Shown one piece after another: positions 9,805 to 17,513 of a stretch of 55,540 bases of DNA. Under the pieces are notes generated by a model that saw only the letters and a program-made list of their open reading frames with translations, had not been told where the DNA came from and made no database searches. How positions within the stretch are numbered: the first letter of the stretch is position 1; every line of letters starts with the position of its first letter. Origin of the DNA: Bacteroidales bacterium (lineage in GTDB: Bacteria; Bacteroidota; Bacteroidia; Bacteroidales; P3). Both the position numbers and the translations under genes were made by a program. The stretch spans positions 1 through 55,540 of the forward strand of contig JAZNSV010000044.1 of NCBI GenBank assembly GCA_045591485.1, written 5' to 3'.

Positions 9805-11376
9805 CTATTCCATCGGTCGTATCATACTTTCGATAAAGGCAATCTCGTCCTGCGTCAGGCCGTATTTCTTGTACAGCATCTCGTCCGTCCACGGATGGGA
9901 AAAGTCCTGGAGGGGAACGAACTGATAAACAGAACTTGGAGCATGTTGGGTGTTTTTCTTTATAGACACCATATATCTGAAGAATTGCGTTTTGATATAG
10001 GATATAATATTTTCACATTCTTTTTTACCATAGTCCCTGTTGTATCCAATTACTAAGTAAGTCTGCGAACATATAGAGCCTGGTTCTCCGTAAAATGGTG
10101 TTCCAAGTACAACGGCATTTTCGCCTGTACTTCCATTTGCCTCAGGAATATATACTTTGTGCAGATTAATTGTACTCTGATTCTTTGGAATGTCTGATTC
10201 TTTAATCCAGCCATAGCCATTCTCTTCAAGCCTCTTGTTCAAATAGAATTTTACAGAGTGTTCCATGTCTCTATTGTTCACATAGCCCTTCCAATTTGAA
10301 CTAAGCAGCCCTGACTTATCATAGAAATGTAAAGGACTTACTATTTTTGCAAAGGAATCATTGTGATAGTATTCACCGTCAATATCAGTGACTTTTCGTA
10401 TTAAAGCAATTGCTTGCGGATCTCTGATAACTACTCCTGTTCCATAAACATCTAAATAATCAAAATATTCTTGTTTTCTTTCATTTCTATGACATATAAA
10501 TTTGCACTTTCCTTCATACAGATGACTATATAAGAAATAGCTTACACCTCCCATTATATCTACTCCTGCAAAACACTCAGTTGAATCAATGTAATCATGT
10601 ATTTCGATGAAATGATTTTCACTAATCATTTTATCCACCCACTCGTCCGATATTCCTTGTCCAGTCCTTGTCATCCATCTACTTGGAGTAATCATTATAA
10701 GGTATCGAGGGTTTAACTTGCATGCTTGTTCAATAAACAAAGGATATATTGCTGATGCAAAAGCAGCATTACTACTTGTAGAATTTTCAGTTGCTTTACT
10801 TAACTGGTACGGCGGATTTCCTATGATTACGTCGAATTGCATATCTTTATGGAATATTTCTTTGATTGATTTGTGGATAAAGGGATAGGCGTAGGTCTCG
10901 CGGCTGTCGGTGCGGAAGTATTCGCCTTTGCTGGCGCCGCAGTACTCGCAGCGGCCTTGTGCGTTCCATGTGTGGTGACATCGCTCGTACAGCAGGTTGC
11001 CTTGCTGGTCGCGGAAGGCGGTGGTGACGCTGTACTCGCCGTTGGCAAGCTTGGAGCAGTAGAGTGTCCGGCGGCTCATCTCGGCGGTGAGGTCGGTGCA
11101 AGCGATGCCGAAGACCTGTCGGGTCATAATGTGGTCGATACGCTCCTGCAGGTCGGGAATCTCCGCTTCCAGCCCAACCAGCAACCGCTTGGCGATCTCG
11201 CGCAGGAAGACACCGCTCTTGCTGCAGGGGTCGAGGAAGCGTGTCTTCGGTCTGCGGAACAGTTCCTGCGGCAGCAGGTCCAGCATCCTGTTAGCCAGTT
11301 CCGGCGAGGTGAAGACCTCGTCGCTGCTCAGATTGGCCAGGCAGTTCAATATGTCCGGTGAATAATCTTGTTTCAT
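9805..11376 (-). CDS. gamma-class N6-adenine DNA methyltransferase (Eco57I/TaqI-like motif order)
   Basis: Motif X is EVFTSPELANRMLDLL, motif I is FLDPCSKSGVFL and motif IV is IIGNPPYQ, followed by a long C-terminal target-recognition-like region. The start is taken at the ATG at 11376 (MKQDYSP). Confidence 0.8.
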   Translation of the reverse strand: MKQDYSPDILNCLANLSSDEVFTSPELANRMLDLLPQELFRRPKTRFLDPCSKSGVFLREIAKRLLVGLEAEIPDLQERIDHIMTRQVFGIACTDLTAEMSRRTLYCSKLANGEYSVTTAFRDQQGNLLYERCHHTWNAQGRCEYCGASKGEYFRTDSRETYAYPFIHKSIKEIFHKDMQFDVIIGNPPYQLSKATENSTSSNAAFASAIYPLFIEQACKLNPRYLIMITPSRWMTRTGQGISDEWVDKMISENHFIEIHDYIDSTECFAGVDIMGGVSYFLYSHLYEGKCKFICHRNERKQEYFDYLDVYGTGVVIRDPQAIALIRKVTDIDGEYYHNDSFAKIVSPLHFYDKSGLLSSNWKGYVNNRDMEHSVKFYLNKRLEENGYGWIKESDIPKNQSTINLHKVYIPEANGSTGENAVVLGTPFYGEPGSICSQTYLVIGYNRDYGKKECENIISYIKTQFFRYMVSIKKNTQHAPSSVYQFVPLQDFSHPWTDEMLYKKYGLTQDEIAFIESMIRPME

Positions 11377-11525
11377 TTCGTTATATCTTTTATGTTCTCC
11401 TGCTCGCACTACGTGCTCGCGAAATCTTGTAAATCTCGTAGATTTATTCCGCCTGCGGCGGTTACGCGAAGCGCATTAATTTACAAGATTTACTAGATTT
11501 CTGCCCGCAGGGCAAGGAGTATTGA

Positions 11526-12170
11526 TTAATCGCCATATCTAAAGAGTTGAGTGTAATGCATCGGAGGATACGACCGCACTGGCTCGTCGAAGCTCCGCGC
11601 CTCGCCCTGCTCATCGAAGAGAGAATACTGATGTGTCTGGTTAACCAGGAAGTCAAACTGGAAGTCTCTCCGCGCGAACTGCATACTGCCAGCGATGGGA
11701 GTCCACTCGCAGAAAGTAATCGGCTTGCCATCCGCTGTGCGATACGTCAGCGCATCCCCACAGACGATGTTCTTCCGCAGCATATAGCGTAAGCTTTCTT
11801 CATAACCAGACGTAGATCCCTTCTTGCCAATCTGCCCCATTACCTCCCCAAACAGCCTCTCCCGGCAAGCCTCGGCATTGTCCTCCAACAACTCAATGCC
11901 ATAGCAAGAGCCTACAGCAATAAGGCTCTTAAATTCCCACTCTGCGGATGATTTGACCGAAGAAAGAAGTGAAAGTTTGCGACGCAGAATTTCGATAAGG
12001 AAATTCCCATCGCCACAGGCGGGCTCAAGGAAGCGGCTGTCAAGCCGGAACGACTCGTCCCGCACCAAGTCGAGCATAGCATTCACCTCCCGTGGATTGG
12101 TGAACACCTCGCCATGCTGAGCCACCCGCTGGCGACTCTTAATCTGTTTTGTTTTTTCGTTGCTGGGCAT
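11526..12170 (-). CDS. methyltransferase-like protein with SAM-binding half only (no NPPY)
   Basis: 214 aa with GEVFTNPREVNAMLDLV (motif X), FLEPACGDGNFL (motif I) and YGIELLEDNAEA, then NIVCGDAL. No (N/D)PP(Y/F) motif occurs before the stop codon. Confidence 0.55.
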   Translation of the reverse strand: MPSNEKTKQIKSRQRVAQHGEVFTNPREVNAMLDLVRDESFRLDSRFLEPACGDGNFLIEILRRKLSLLSSVKSSAEWEFKSLIAVGSCYGIELLEDNAEACRERLFGEVMGQIGKKGSTSGYEESLRYMLRKNIVCGDALTYRTADGKPITFCEWTPIAGSMQFARRDFQFDFLVNQTHQYSLFDEQGEARSFDEPVRSYPPMHYTQLFRYGD

Positions 12171-12194
12171 AAAAAATCCGTGAATCTTTCTGTC

Positions 12195-12304
12195 CTACTC
12201 CGAGGCTCGCCAAAGCCTGTACTGTAAACGAGAAAGCTCACGGATACCCGCGAGCATTTCTGCTTTCTACTACAGTACTTTGAAATTTGGCGATTTCGGA
12301 GTAG
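12195..12304 (-). other. 110-nt nested-helix hairpin in the leader of the methyltransferase-like gene
   Basis: Paired segments are 12195-12203/12296-12304 (9 bp), 12207-12211/12289-12293, 12219-12226/12271-12278 (8 bp) and 12231-12237/12262-12268 (7 bp). Confidence 0.5.
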
Positions 12305-12394
12305 CTTGATAAGCAAAAACGCTTCTATATTATTTATTTATCTTCTATTTTTTTCTATTTCTATATGTTGTCGTTTTAGTTGTTATTTCGTTTG

Positions 12395-12402
12395 CAAAGA
12401 TA
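12395..12402 (-). promoter_or_regulatory. -7 box (CAAAGATA on the + strand)
   Basis: TAnnTTTG on the minus strand, about 225 nt upstream of the ATG at 12170. It carries the extended GCAAAGATACGAA context shared with other promoters in this window. Confidence 0.45.
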
Positions 12403-12524
12403 CGAATTATTTCTGATTGAGAGGAATATATTATACGTTTTTTGATAAATGATTCTTACGCAATATGTTTGAATCAACATTTAGAAATATGTGTTATTGG
12501 AGTGCTTCTCGAGGTCGCTCCATA

Positions 12525-13562
12525 TTATTGGAGGCGTGATTCCTTTTTGTATTTTTCAAGAAATCGGTAATCTGTAATATATAAATGCCTGTGGGCACGA
12601 GTACATGCCACGTATAATTTATTTTTAGATACTGACTTCAAATTCGCAAGTTCTCCTCTCAAGAATAAAGATAGGGTGTTTTTGTTCAATACAACACAAA
12701 CGTCCATAAATGAGTCTATTCCTTTTGATGCTCCCCAATTCATAGATATACACCTATAGTTGCTGCTTTCACTCAAAAAAAGTTTTGGAATACTATCATC
12801 ATTTACTATTGCATCCACATCTTGCGCATTATCTAAAACAACAACATTTCCTTGGGATTCTCCAGTAGATTCTATTTTAATTCCCATGTTTCTAACAAAA
12901 TTACATATTTCATTGCTACATCTGTGTGTTTTTGATAGTGTATTTAAATCAATAGTTACACCCTCATCTTTCCATCGTTTCAAATATTTTCTATAATTCT
13001 TATACAGGGATGAATTCACATTGCCGTCATTACTTGTATCAAAAGTGTGCTGAAAATAATCGCCAACAAATATGGTATTGCATGTGTGAGGAATAATAGA
13101 TAATAATAAGTTGAAATCATGACCTGCAATATCCTGTACTTCGTCTATTAAGAAATAATCATAGTATTTATCGATTCTATCTTTAATATTTTCAACACAA
13201 TGTTCCCTACAAAAATGAGCTATTCGATTTGAGAATATCCTTCCTGATTGCGTTTTATAAAAAACCTCTTCACCTGGATGGTATCTAGTCCAATCTTGGG
13301 GATAATCGAAACAGATACCACGTGTTTTCATTTTAAAACCACAAAACGGTTTGAAACAAAATGAGTATAAGAACTGAAAAAATGTGAGTACCTTTATTTT
13401 TTCAGGAATGTATCCGAACTTTTTTATAATAGATCGCCTTAAGTGTTCATGATTATTTCTAGTGTACGTCACAAGTAGGAACCTGTTCTCTGTATTCAAC
13501 AGGTTGATTAAGAAAGTTGTTTTGCCAGAACCAGCAACAGCCAACATCAAGCATTTATCCAT
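12525..13562 (-). CDS. gajB: compact UvrD/Rep-like SF1 helicase, GajB-like
   Basis: 345 aa with Walker A AGSGKTT, motif II LIDEVQD and a motif VI-like VACTRA. It overlaps the upstream OLD-family gene by 16 nt and is AT-rich. Confidence 0.6.
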   Translation of the reverse strand: MDKCLMLAVAGSGKTTFLINLLNTENRFLLVTYTRNNHEHLRRSIIKKFGYIPEKIKVLTFFQFLYSFCFKPFCGFKMKTRGICFDYPQDWTRYHPGEEVFYKTQSGRIFSNRIAHFCREHCVENIKDRIDKYYDYFLIDEVQDIAGHDFNLLLSIIPHTCNTIFVGDYFQHTFDTSNDGNVNSSLYKNYRKYLKRWKDEGVTIDLNTLSKTHRCSNEICNFVRNMGIKIESTGESQGNVVVLDNAQDVDAIVNDDSIPKLFLSESSNYRCISMNWGASKGIDSFMDVCVVLNKNTLSLFLRGELANLKSVSKNKLYVACTRAHRHLYITDYRFLEKYKKESRLQ

Positions 13563-15112
13563 TCCAAAGCTTGCTTTATATATTGTGGAGGAATAATTGT
13601 TTCACTTTTTTGTGAAAGCAATTTATATGCAACTTCTGCCTTGTTTGAAAGCATATACTCTTGTACAGTCAATGTCCTTCGATGAGCTAGAAACAGAGCA
13701 TCACAGTCTTCCTTATTATCTTCGTAAACAGCAATTTCAAAAGTACGACGACGGTCTTCATGATCAGCCCACACACCGATATTATCATATCCATCAATAT
13801 AGTCAGAGTATGCAGCCGTAATATTCTCAGCATAATTTCCATCATTATCTGTAATAACAGCAACTCGAATATTTAAAACCTTGGCAATTTCGAGATAGCG
13901 AGGGAAACATTTGCCATCGACAGATATGACATCGATTCCAAGCTCGGATAGCGATTGCTGCAGAACTTTATGACAAAAAGCGTCCATTAAAATATATTCA
14001 GCATCTCCTTCAACTAGTATAACTTTTTTTGCTAGTACAAATTGGAGCATGTTGTTGTCAGGTGCTTTCATGAAAAAAGATGCCGTGTTCTCATCAATAA
14101 AATCCAATGCCACCGTTTCATTTGGTGTTGCACTATTCATAAGGATGCAATTTCTGAGATTGAGCCGAGTACTAATAAGGTCACTATGTGTTGAGATGAA
14201 GATTTGCGCTTGATTATTCTCCTCTATATCATCAATCATTCTCCTCATATTTGTATGGCTTAGATGGTTCTCCGGCTCTTCAATCATTATAACAGGAATA
14301 TCAGGTGCTCGTTTTAATGCAAGTTTTGTTTTTAACATACATTGTAAACCAGTACCTTTTTCTGAAATAGGGACCCCCTCTAACTCAATGGTTAAATCAT
14401 TATCCAAACAATTTTTCCCAGTATTCTTTAAAGCAAAAGTATAGCCATCAGGAAGTCTATTATTGAATTGGGTGAGAGCATTAACTTTGAAAGATTCTTT
14501 TGTATTACCATAACAATGTTTTGTAGTCAGTTGTTCAACAAGGGTTAAGGCTGTTTCATATATGGATGAAACATAGTCGTTTAGTGCGTAATCATTTCCG
14601 ATAGTGCTATTATCCAAGAAAATTGTTTTTACTTTCTTAGTGTAGCCGCTATAGGCTTCACCACTAAAAGTCTGAAACGAGATGTTGTAAAATTCAAATG
14701 GGAACGACGCATTCTCTGTTTCTAAAACAGCTAGCGTTTGATGACTTAAAGAATCATTTGGCTCAATAGTCATTCTTATCCCGTATGCTTTGTTACCATT
14801 ACTATTACATATTCCATCAAGTCCTTCCTCTATAATATCACTAAGATACAACTCTACATACATATTAGGAAGACCATCCAGTTTTCTGTCTCCTGCCATA
14901 AAAATCTTAACCTCCTCCACATTAAGAAGAGCTTCTATTCCAATGTCTTCCACTCTATGTCGACTTCCTCTTGCCGTTAAATCAATGGCTTCTAAAATTG
15001 AAGACTTGCCCGATTCATTATCCCCAACTAATATGTTTCGACCCTTTTTAAAGGGAACTTCTAAGTCCTTGAAACGTCTGTAGTTGTGTAGCTTTATTTT
15101 TTCGATATACAT
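13547..15112 (-). CDS. gajA: OLD-family ATP-dependent endonuclease (ABC ATPase + TOPRIM), GajA-like
   Basis: 521 aa. YIEKIKLHNYRRF...GDNESGKSS is the Walker A region and IMIEEPENHLSH the Walker B/D-loop. The C-terminal TOPRIM signatures are VILVEGDAEY and VAVITDNDGN. Confidence 0.75.
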   Translation of the reverse strand: MYIEKIKLHNYRRFKDLEVPFKKGRNILVGDNESGKSSILEAIDLTARGSRHRVEDIGIEALLNVEEVKIFMAGDRKLDGLPNMYVELYLSDIIEEGLDGICNSNGNKAYGIRMTIEPNDSLSHQTLAVLETENASFPFEFYNISFQTFSGEAYSGYTKKVKTIFLDNSTIGNDYALNDYVSSIYETALTLVEQLTTKHCYGNTKESFKVNALTQFNNRLPDGYTFALKNTGKNCLDNDLTIELEGVPISEKGTGLQCMLKTKLALKRAPDIPVIMIEEPENHLSHTNMRRMIDDIEENNQAQIFISTHSDLISTRLNLRNCILMNSATPNETVALDFIDENTASFFMKAPDNNMLQFVLAKKVILVEGDAEYILMDAFCHKVLQQSLSELGIDVISVDGKCFPRYLEIAKVLNIRVAVITDNDGNYAENITAAYSDYIDGYDNIGVWADHEDRRRTFEIAVYEDNKEDCDALFLAHRRTLTVQEYMLSNKAEVAYKLLSQKSETIIPPQYIKQALEWINA

Positions 15113-15158
15113 ATCTTTAACATTTTAGTTTTCTATTCCATTTTCAAATTGCTATAAT

Positions 15159-15166
15159 ACAAAATT
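15159..15166 (-). promoter_or_regulatory. -7 box (TAatTTTG on the minus strand) for gajA-gajB
   Basis: CAAAATTA on the + strand, 47 nt upstream of the ATG at 15112. Confidence 0.4.
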
Positions 15167-15197
15167 ATATTAGAACTGGTCGAATCTTTCATCGCAA

Positions 15198-16253
15198 TTA
15201 ACTGTTCTGGCGATTCTCCCAGCGTTGGCGGGCAGCCTCTAAGCCTTTGTGCAGTTGGCGTTGCAGCAGTTCTTTGGAGGGGAGTTCGGTCATATATTGC
15301 GCCACTTTGATGCCGGATTTGTCGAGTTGCAGCAGTTCTATCTGCTCGTCGCCGCCTTCGGTGCAAAGCAATAGGCCGAGGGGCTGCTCCTCGCCGGGTT
15401 CCATTTCGTGGGCTTCGAGCCAGCGCAGGTACAGCTCCATTTGTCCTTTGTACTGTGCCTTGAATTTGCCTAGCTTCAAATCGATGGCAATCAGGCGGTG
15501 CAGCCTGCGATGGTAGAAAAGCAGGTCGAGATAGAAGTCCTCGCCGTCGATAATCATCCGCTTTTGCCGCTCGACGAAGGTGAAGCCATTGCCCAACTCC
15601 AGTATAAACTGTTCCAGATGCGCCACAAGACTGTCCTCGAGGCTCTTTTCGCTGTACATCCCCTTCAGTCCTGTAAACTCTAAGAAATAAGGGCTTTTGA
15701 AGACAAGGTCCGGGGTAAGGACGTTGTTTTCCCGCAGTTCCGACAGCTCCTGTTTGATCAGTTCGTCTGGTTTCGTCGCAATGGCAGTACGCTCGTAGAG
15801 CATACCGTCAATCTCCTTGCGCAATTGGCGAATTGACCATCTTTCGGAGGCTGCCAACGTCAGGTAGAATTCCCGTTGAAGGTCGTCTTTTAAAGGTAAA
15901 ATCTCTGTTATATGCGACCACGTCAATTGTGTCGACACTGCCGACACAATTTTCAACTCAGGGAACTCTTGTGCGAATTGCATCATCCGCCAAATGCTAC
16001 GTGGCTCAAATCCCTTACTGCCAAATTCCAACTGTAATTGTGTCGACACTGCCGACACAATCCGTTTCCCGTATTCAGCGCGCTCGTTCCCAAGCACTTC
16101 TCGATTAATCCGCTCGCCGATATGCCAATACATCAGGGTAAGTTCGGCATTGACATTTACAGCAACCCGACTGCGTGTCTGGTTGATTATCTGCCGCAAG
16201 TCATCAACCAACGGCATAATATTATTATTCTGTATAGTTATGCTGTCTGCCAT
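15198..16253 (-). CDS. DUF1016/YhcG-family PD-(D/E)XK nuclease domain protein
   Basis: Family-typical LTLMYWHIGERI, LSWSHI-like QLTWSHITEIL, and a C-terminal core FVERQKRMIIDGEDFYLDLLFYHRRLHRLIAIDLKLGKF. The start is taken at the ATG at 16253 (the track uses TTG at 16283). Confidence 0.85.
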   Translation of the reverse strand: MADSITIQNNNIMPLVDDLRQIINQTRSRVAVNVNAELTLMYWHIGERINREVLGNERAEYGKRIVSAVSTQLQLEFGSKGFEPRSIWRMMQFAQEFPELKIVSAVSTQLTWSHITEILPLKDDLQREFYLTLAASERWSIRQLRKEIDGMLYERTAIATKPDELIKQELSELRENNVLTPDLVFKSPYFLEFTGLKGMYSEKSLEDSLVAHLEQFILELGNGFTFVERQKRMIIDGEDFYLDLLFYHRRLHRLIAIDLKLGKFKAQYKGQMELYLRWLEAHEMEPGEEQPLGLLLCTEGGDEQIELLQLDKSGIKVAQYMTELPSKELLQRQLHKGLEAARQRWENRQNS

Positions 16254-16280
16254 TAGATGGTTGTTAGCTATTTTTGATTG

Positions 16281-16288
16281 CAAAGATA
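16281..16288 (-). promoter_or_regulatory. -7 box (CAAAGATA on the + strand)
   Basis: 28 nt upstream of the ATG at 16253. Confidence 0.5.
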
Positions 16289-16461
16289 CGAATTATATTT
16301 GAATAAAACAAATCTCATTCTAAAACGACTTGACTGTCAGTGTAATTGTGGTGGCACCTTTGAGGGGAGTGATATCCTATACAATCTTGGTTTCAAGTGT
16401 GCGCTGGATAAAATGCTCAGAGGCTGCTATGGTCAGATAGAATTCATGTGTCGGCAGTTCC

Positions 16462-17490
16462 TTAATGAGCACAAACAGCAGGAAGTGAGAACAAGTCAAT
16501 TGTCGCGCAAGTGGCGCGACAATTAGTTCCCCATAGATGGTGCGTTCCCAAGTACGTCCCTTTTGATACGTTCGCTGATGTTCCGGACGTCCACATCGAG
16601 GATCGGAGGGCCATGTTGCGGTGGAGGCTTTGGCGGTAGATGGTGATGTCGAGGCGGTGGTAGTTGCCGTCGCAGCCGATGAGGGGGAGCATATAGTCGC
16701 CCGTGTAGCCGTCGACCACTGTCAGCAGCGTGGCGGTGTCGAGGGTGGCGGTGAGGGTGTCGCCATTGTAGACCCAGGTGGCCGGTGTGGCGTCGGTGTG
16801 CCAGTTGGCGGGGTTGATGCCCAGGCGGTTGCTGTCGCTGAGCATCGGGATGGCGCATTCGGGCGAGCGGACGCTGTTGTAGCAGATGGTGACACCGATG
16901 TCGGCGCTGTCCTGTGCGGCGCGGATATGGCCGTGGGCGGCGGCGATGTCGTCGTCCGTCACCTTCCAGCCTATGACGTAGGCGGCCACCATTCGGCTGT
17001 AGGCCTCGTCGTCCATGGTGCGCAGCAGCTCCACTACCCCCTGTGCCCCCTGGCTGAAGCCCATGAGGATGAAGGGGCGGCCGCCGTTGCAATGCTCCAG
17101 ATAGTATTGGAAGGCGCTCTGCACGTCGCCCATAGCCAGCGGGGTCCGTGCGGCCAGCAGCGAGTCGCTGGTGTAGGTCTCCAGCGTGCATTGGCGGTAG
17201 TAGGGCGAATAGAAGTTAAAACCCTCGCCGTACATGTGGTCGATGCCCTGCATCTCGCCCAGCAGCAGGGCGCGGATGCTGTCGAGGGTAACGTCGGCAT
17301 GGTGCATCACGGTGCCGCAGTGCGTGTAGTCTGCTGTCTCGGTGGAGGTGATGTAGAACAGGTCCACATCGCAGCCACGCTCCGCCGTGTACCACATCGC
17401 GGTGTCGGCATAATCTATTCCGGCTTCATGCCTGCAGCCCACCATCGCGATGCTCAGCACCGCCAGGCACAATACAAATCCTTTCTTCAT
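16462..17490 (-). CDS. DUF3089-like alpha/beta-hydrolase lipoprotein
   Basis: Signal peptide plus lipobox (MKKGFVLCLAVLSIAMVGC) and nucleophile elbow GFSQGA. The start is taken at the ATG at 17490. Confidence 0.65.
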   Translation of the reverse strand: MKKGFVLCLAVLSIAMVGCRHEAGIDYADTAMWYTAERGCDVDLFYITSTETADYTHCGTVMHHADVTLDSIRALLLGEMQGIDHMYGEGFNFYSPYYRQCTLETYTSDSLLAARTPLAMGDVQSAFQYYLEHCNGGRPFILMGFSQGAQGVVELLRTMDDEAYSRMVAAYVIGWKVTDDDIAAAHGHIRAAQDSADIGVTICYNSVRSPECAIPMLSDSNRLGINPANWHTDATPATWVYNGDTLTATLDTATLLTVVDGYTGDYMLPLIGCDGNYHRLDITIYRQSLHRNMALRSSMWTSGTSANVSKGTYLGTHHLWGTNCRATCATIDLFSLPAVCAH

Positions 17491-17513
17491 GGTTTGAATT
17501 GTCTTATTGGGCA

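Noticed and set aside
12195-12304. A retron msr/msd-like or TA-type RNA reading of the nested hairpin.
   Set aside because: There is no reverse transcriptase or other known cognate gene nearby, and no flanking a1/a2-type repeats beyond the hairpin itself. I kept it only as an unexplained structured leader.
5356-16253. Calling the island an integrative or mobile element.
   Set aside because: I could find no integrase, transposase, relaxase, tRNA target or flanking direct repeats. Only the composition and gene content mark it as accessory.
16278-16526. The 82-aa + strand ORF between the DUF1016 and DUF3089 genes.
   Set aside because: It starts inside the DUF1016 promoter region, overlaps the 3' end of the DUF3089 gene, and has no motif and no promoter box.
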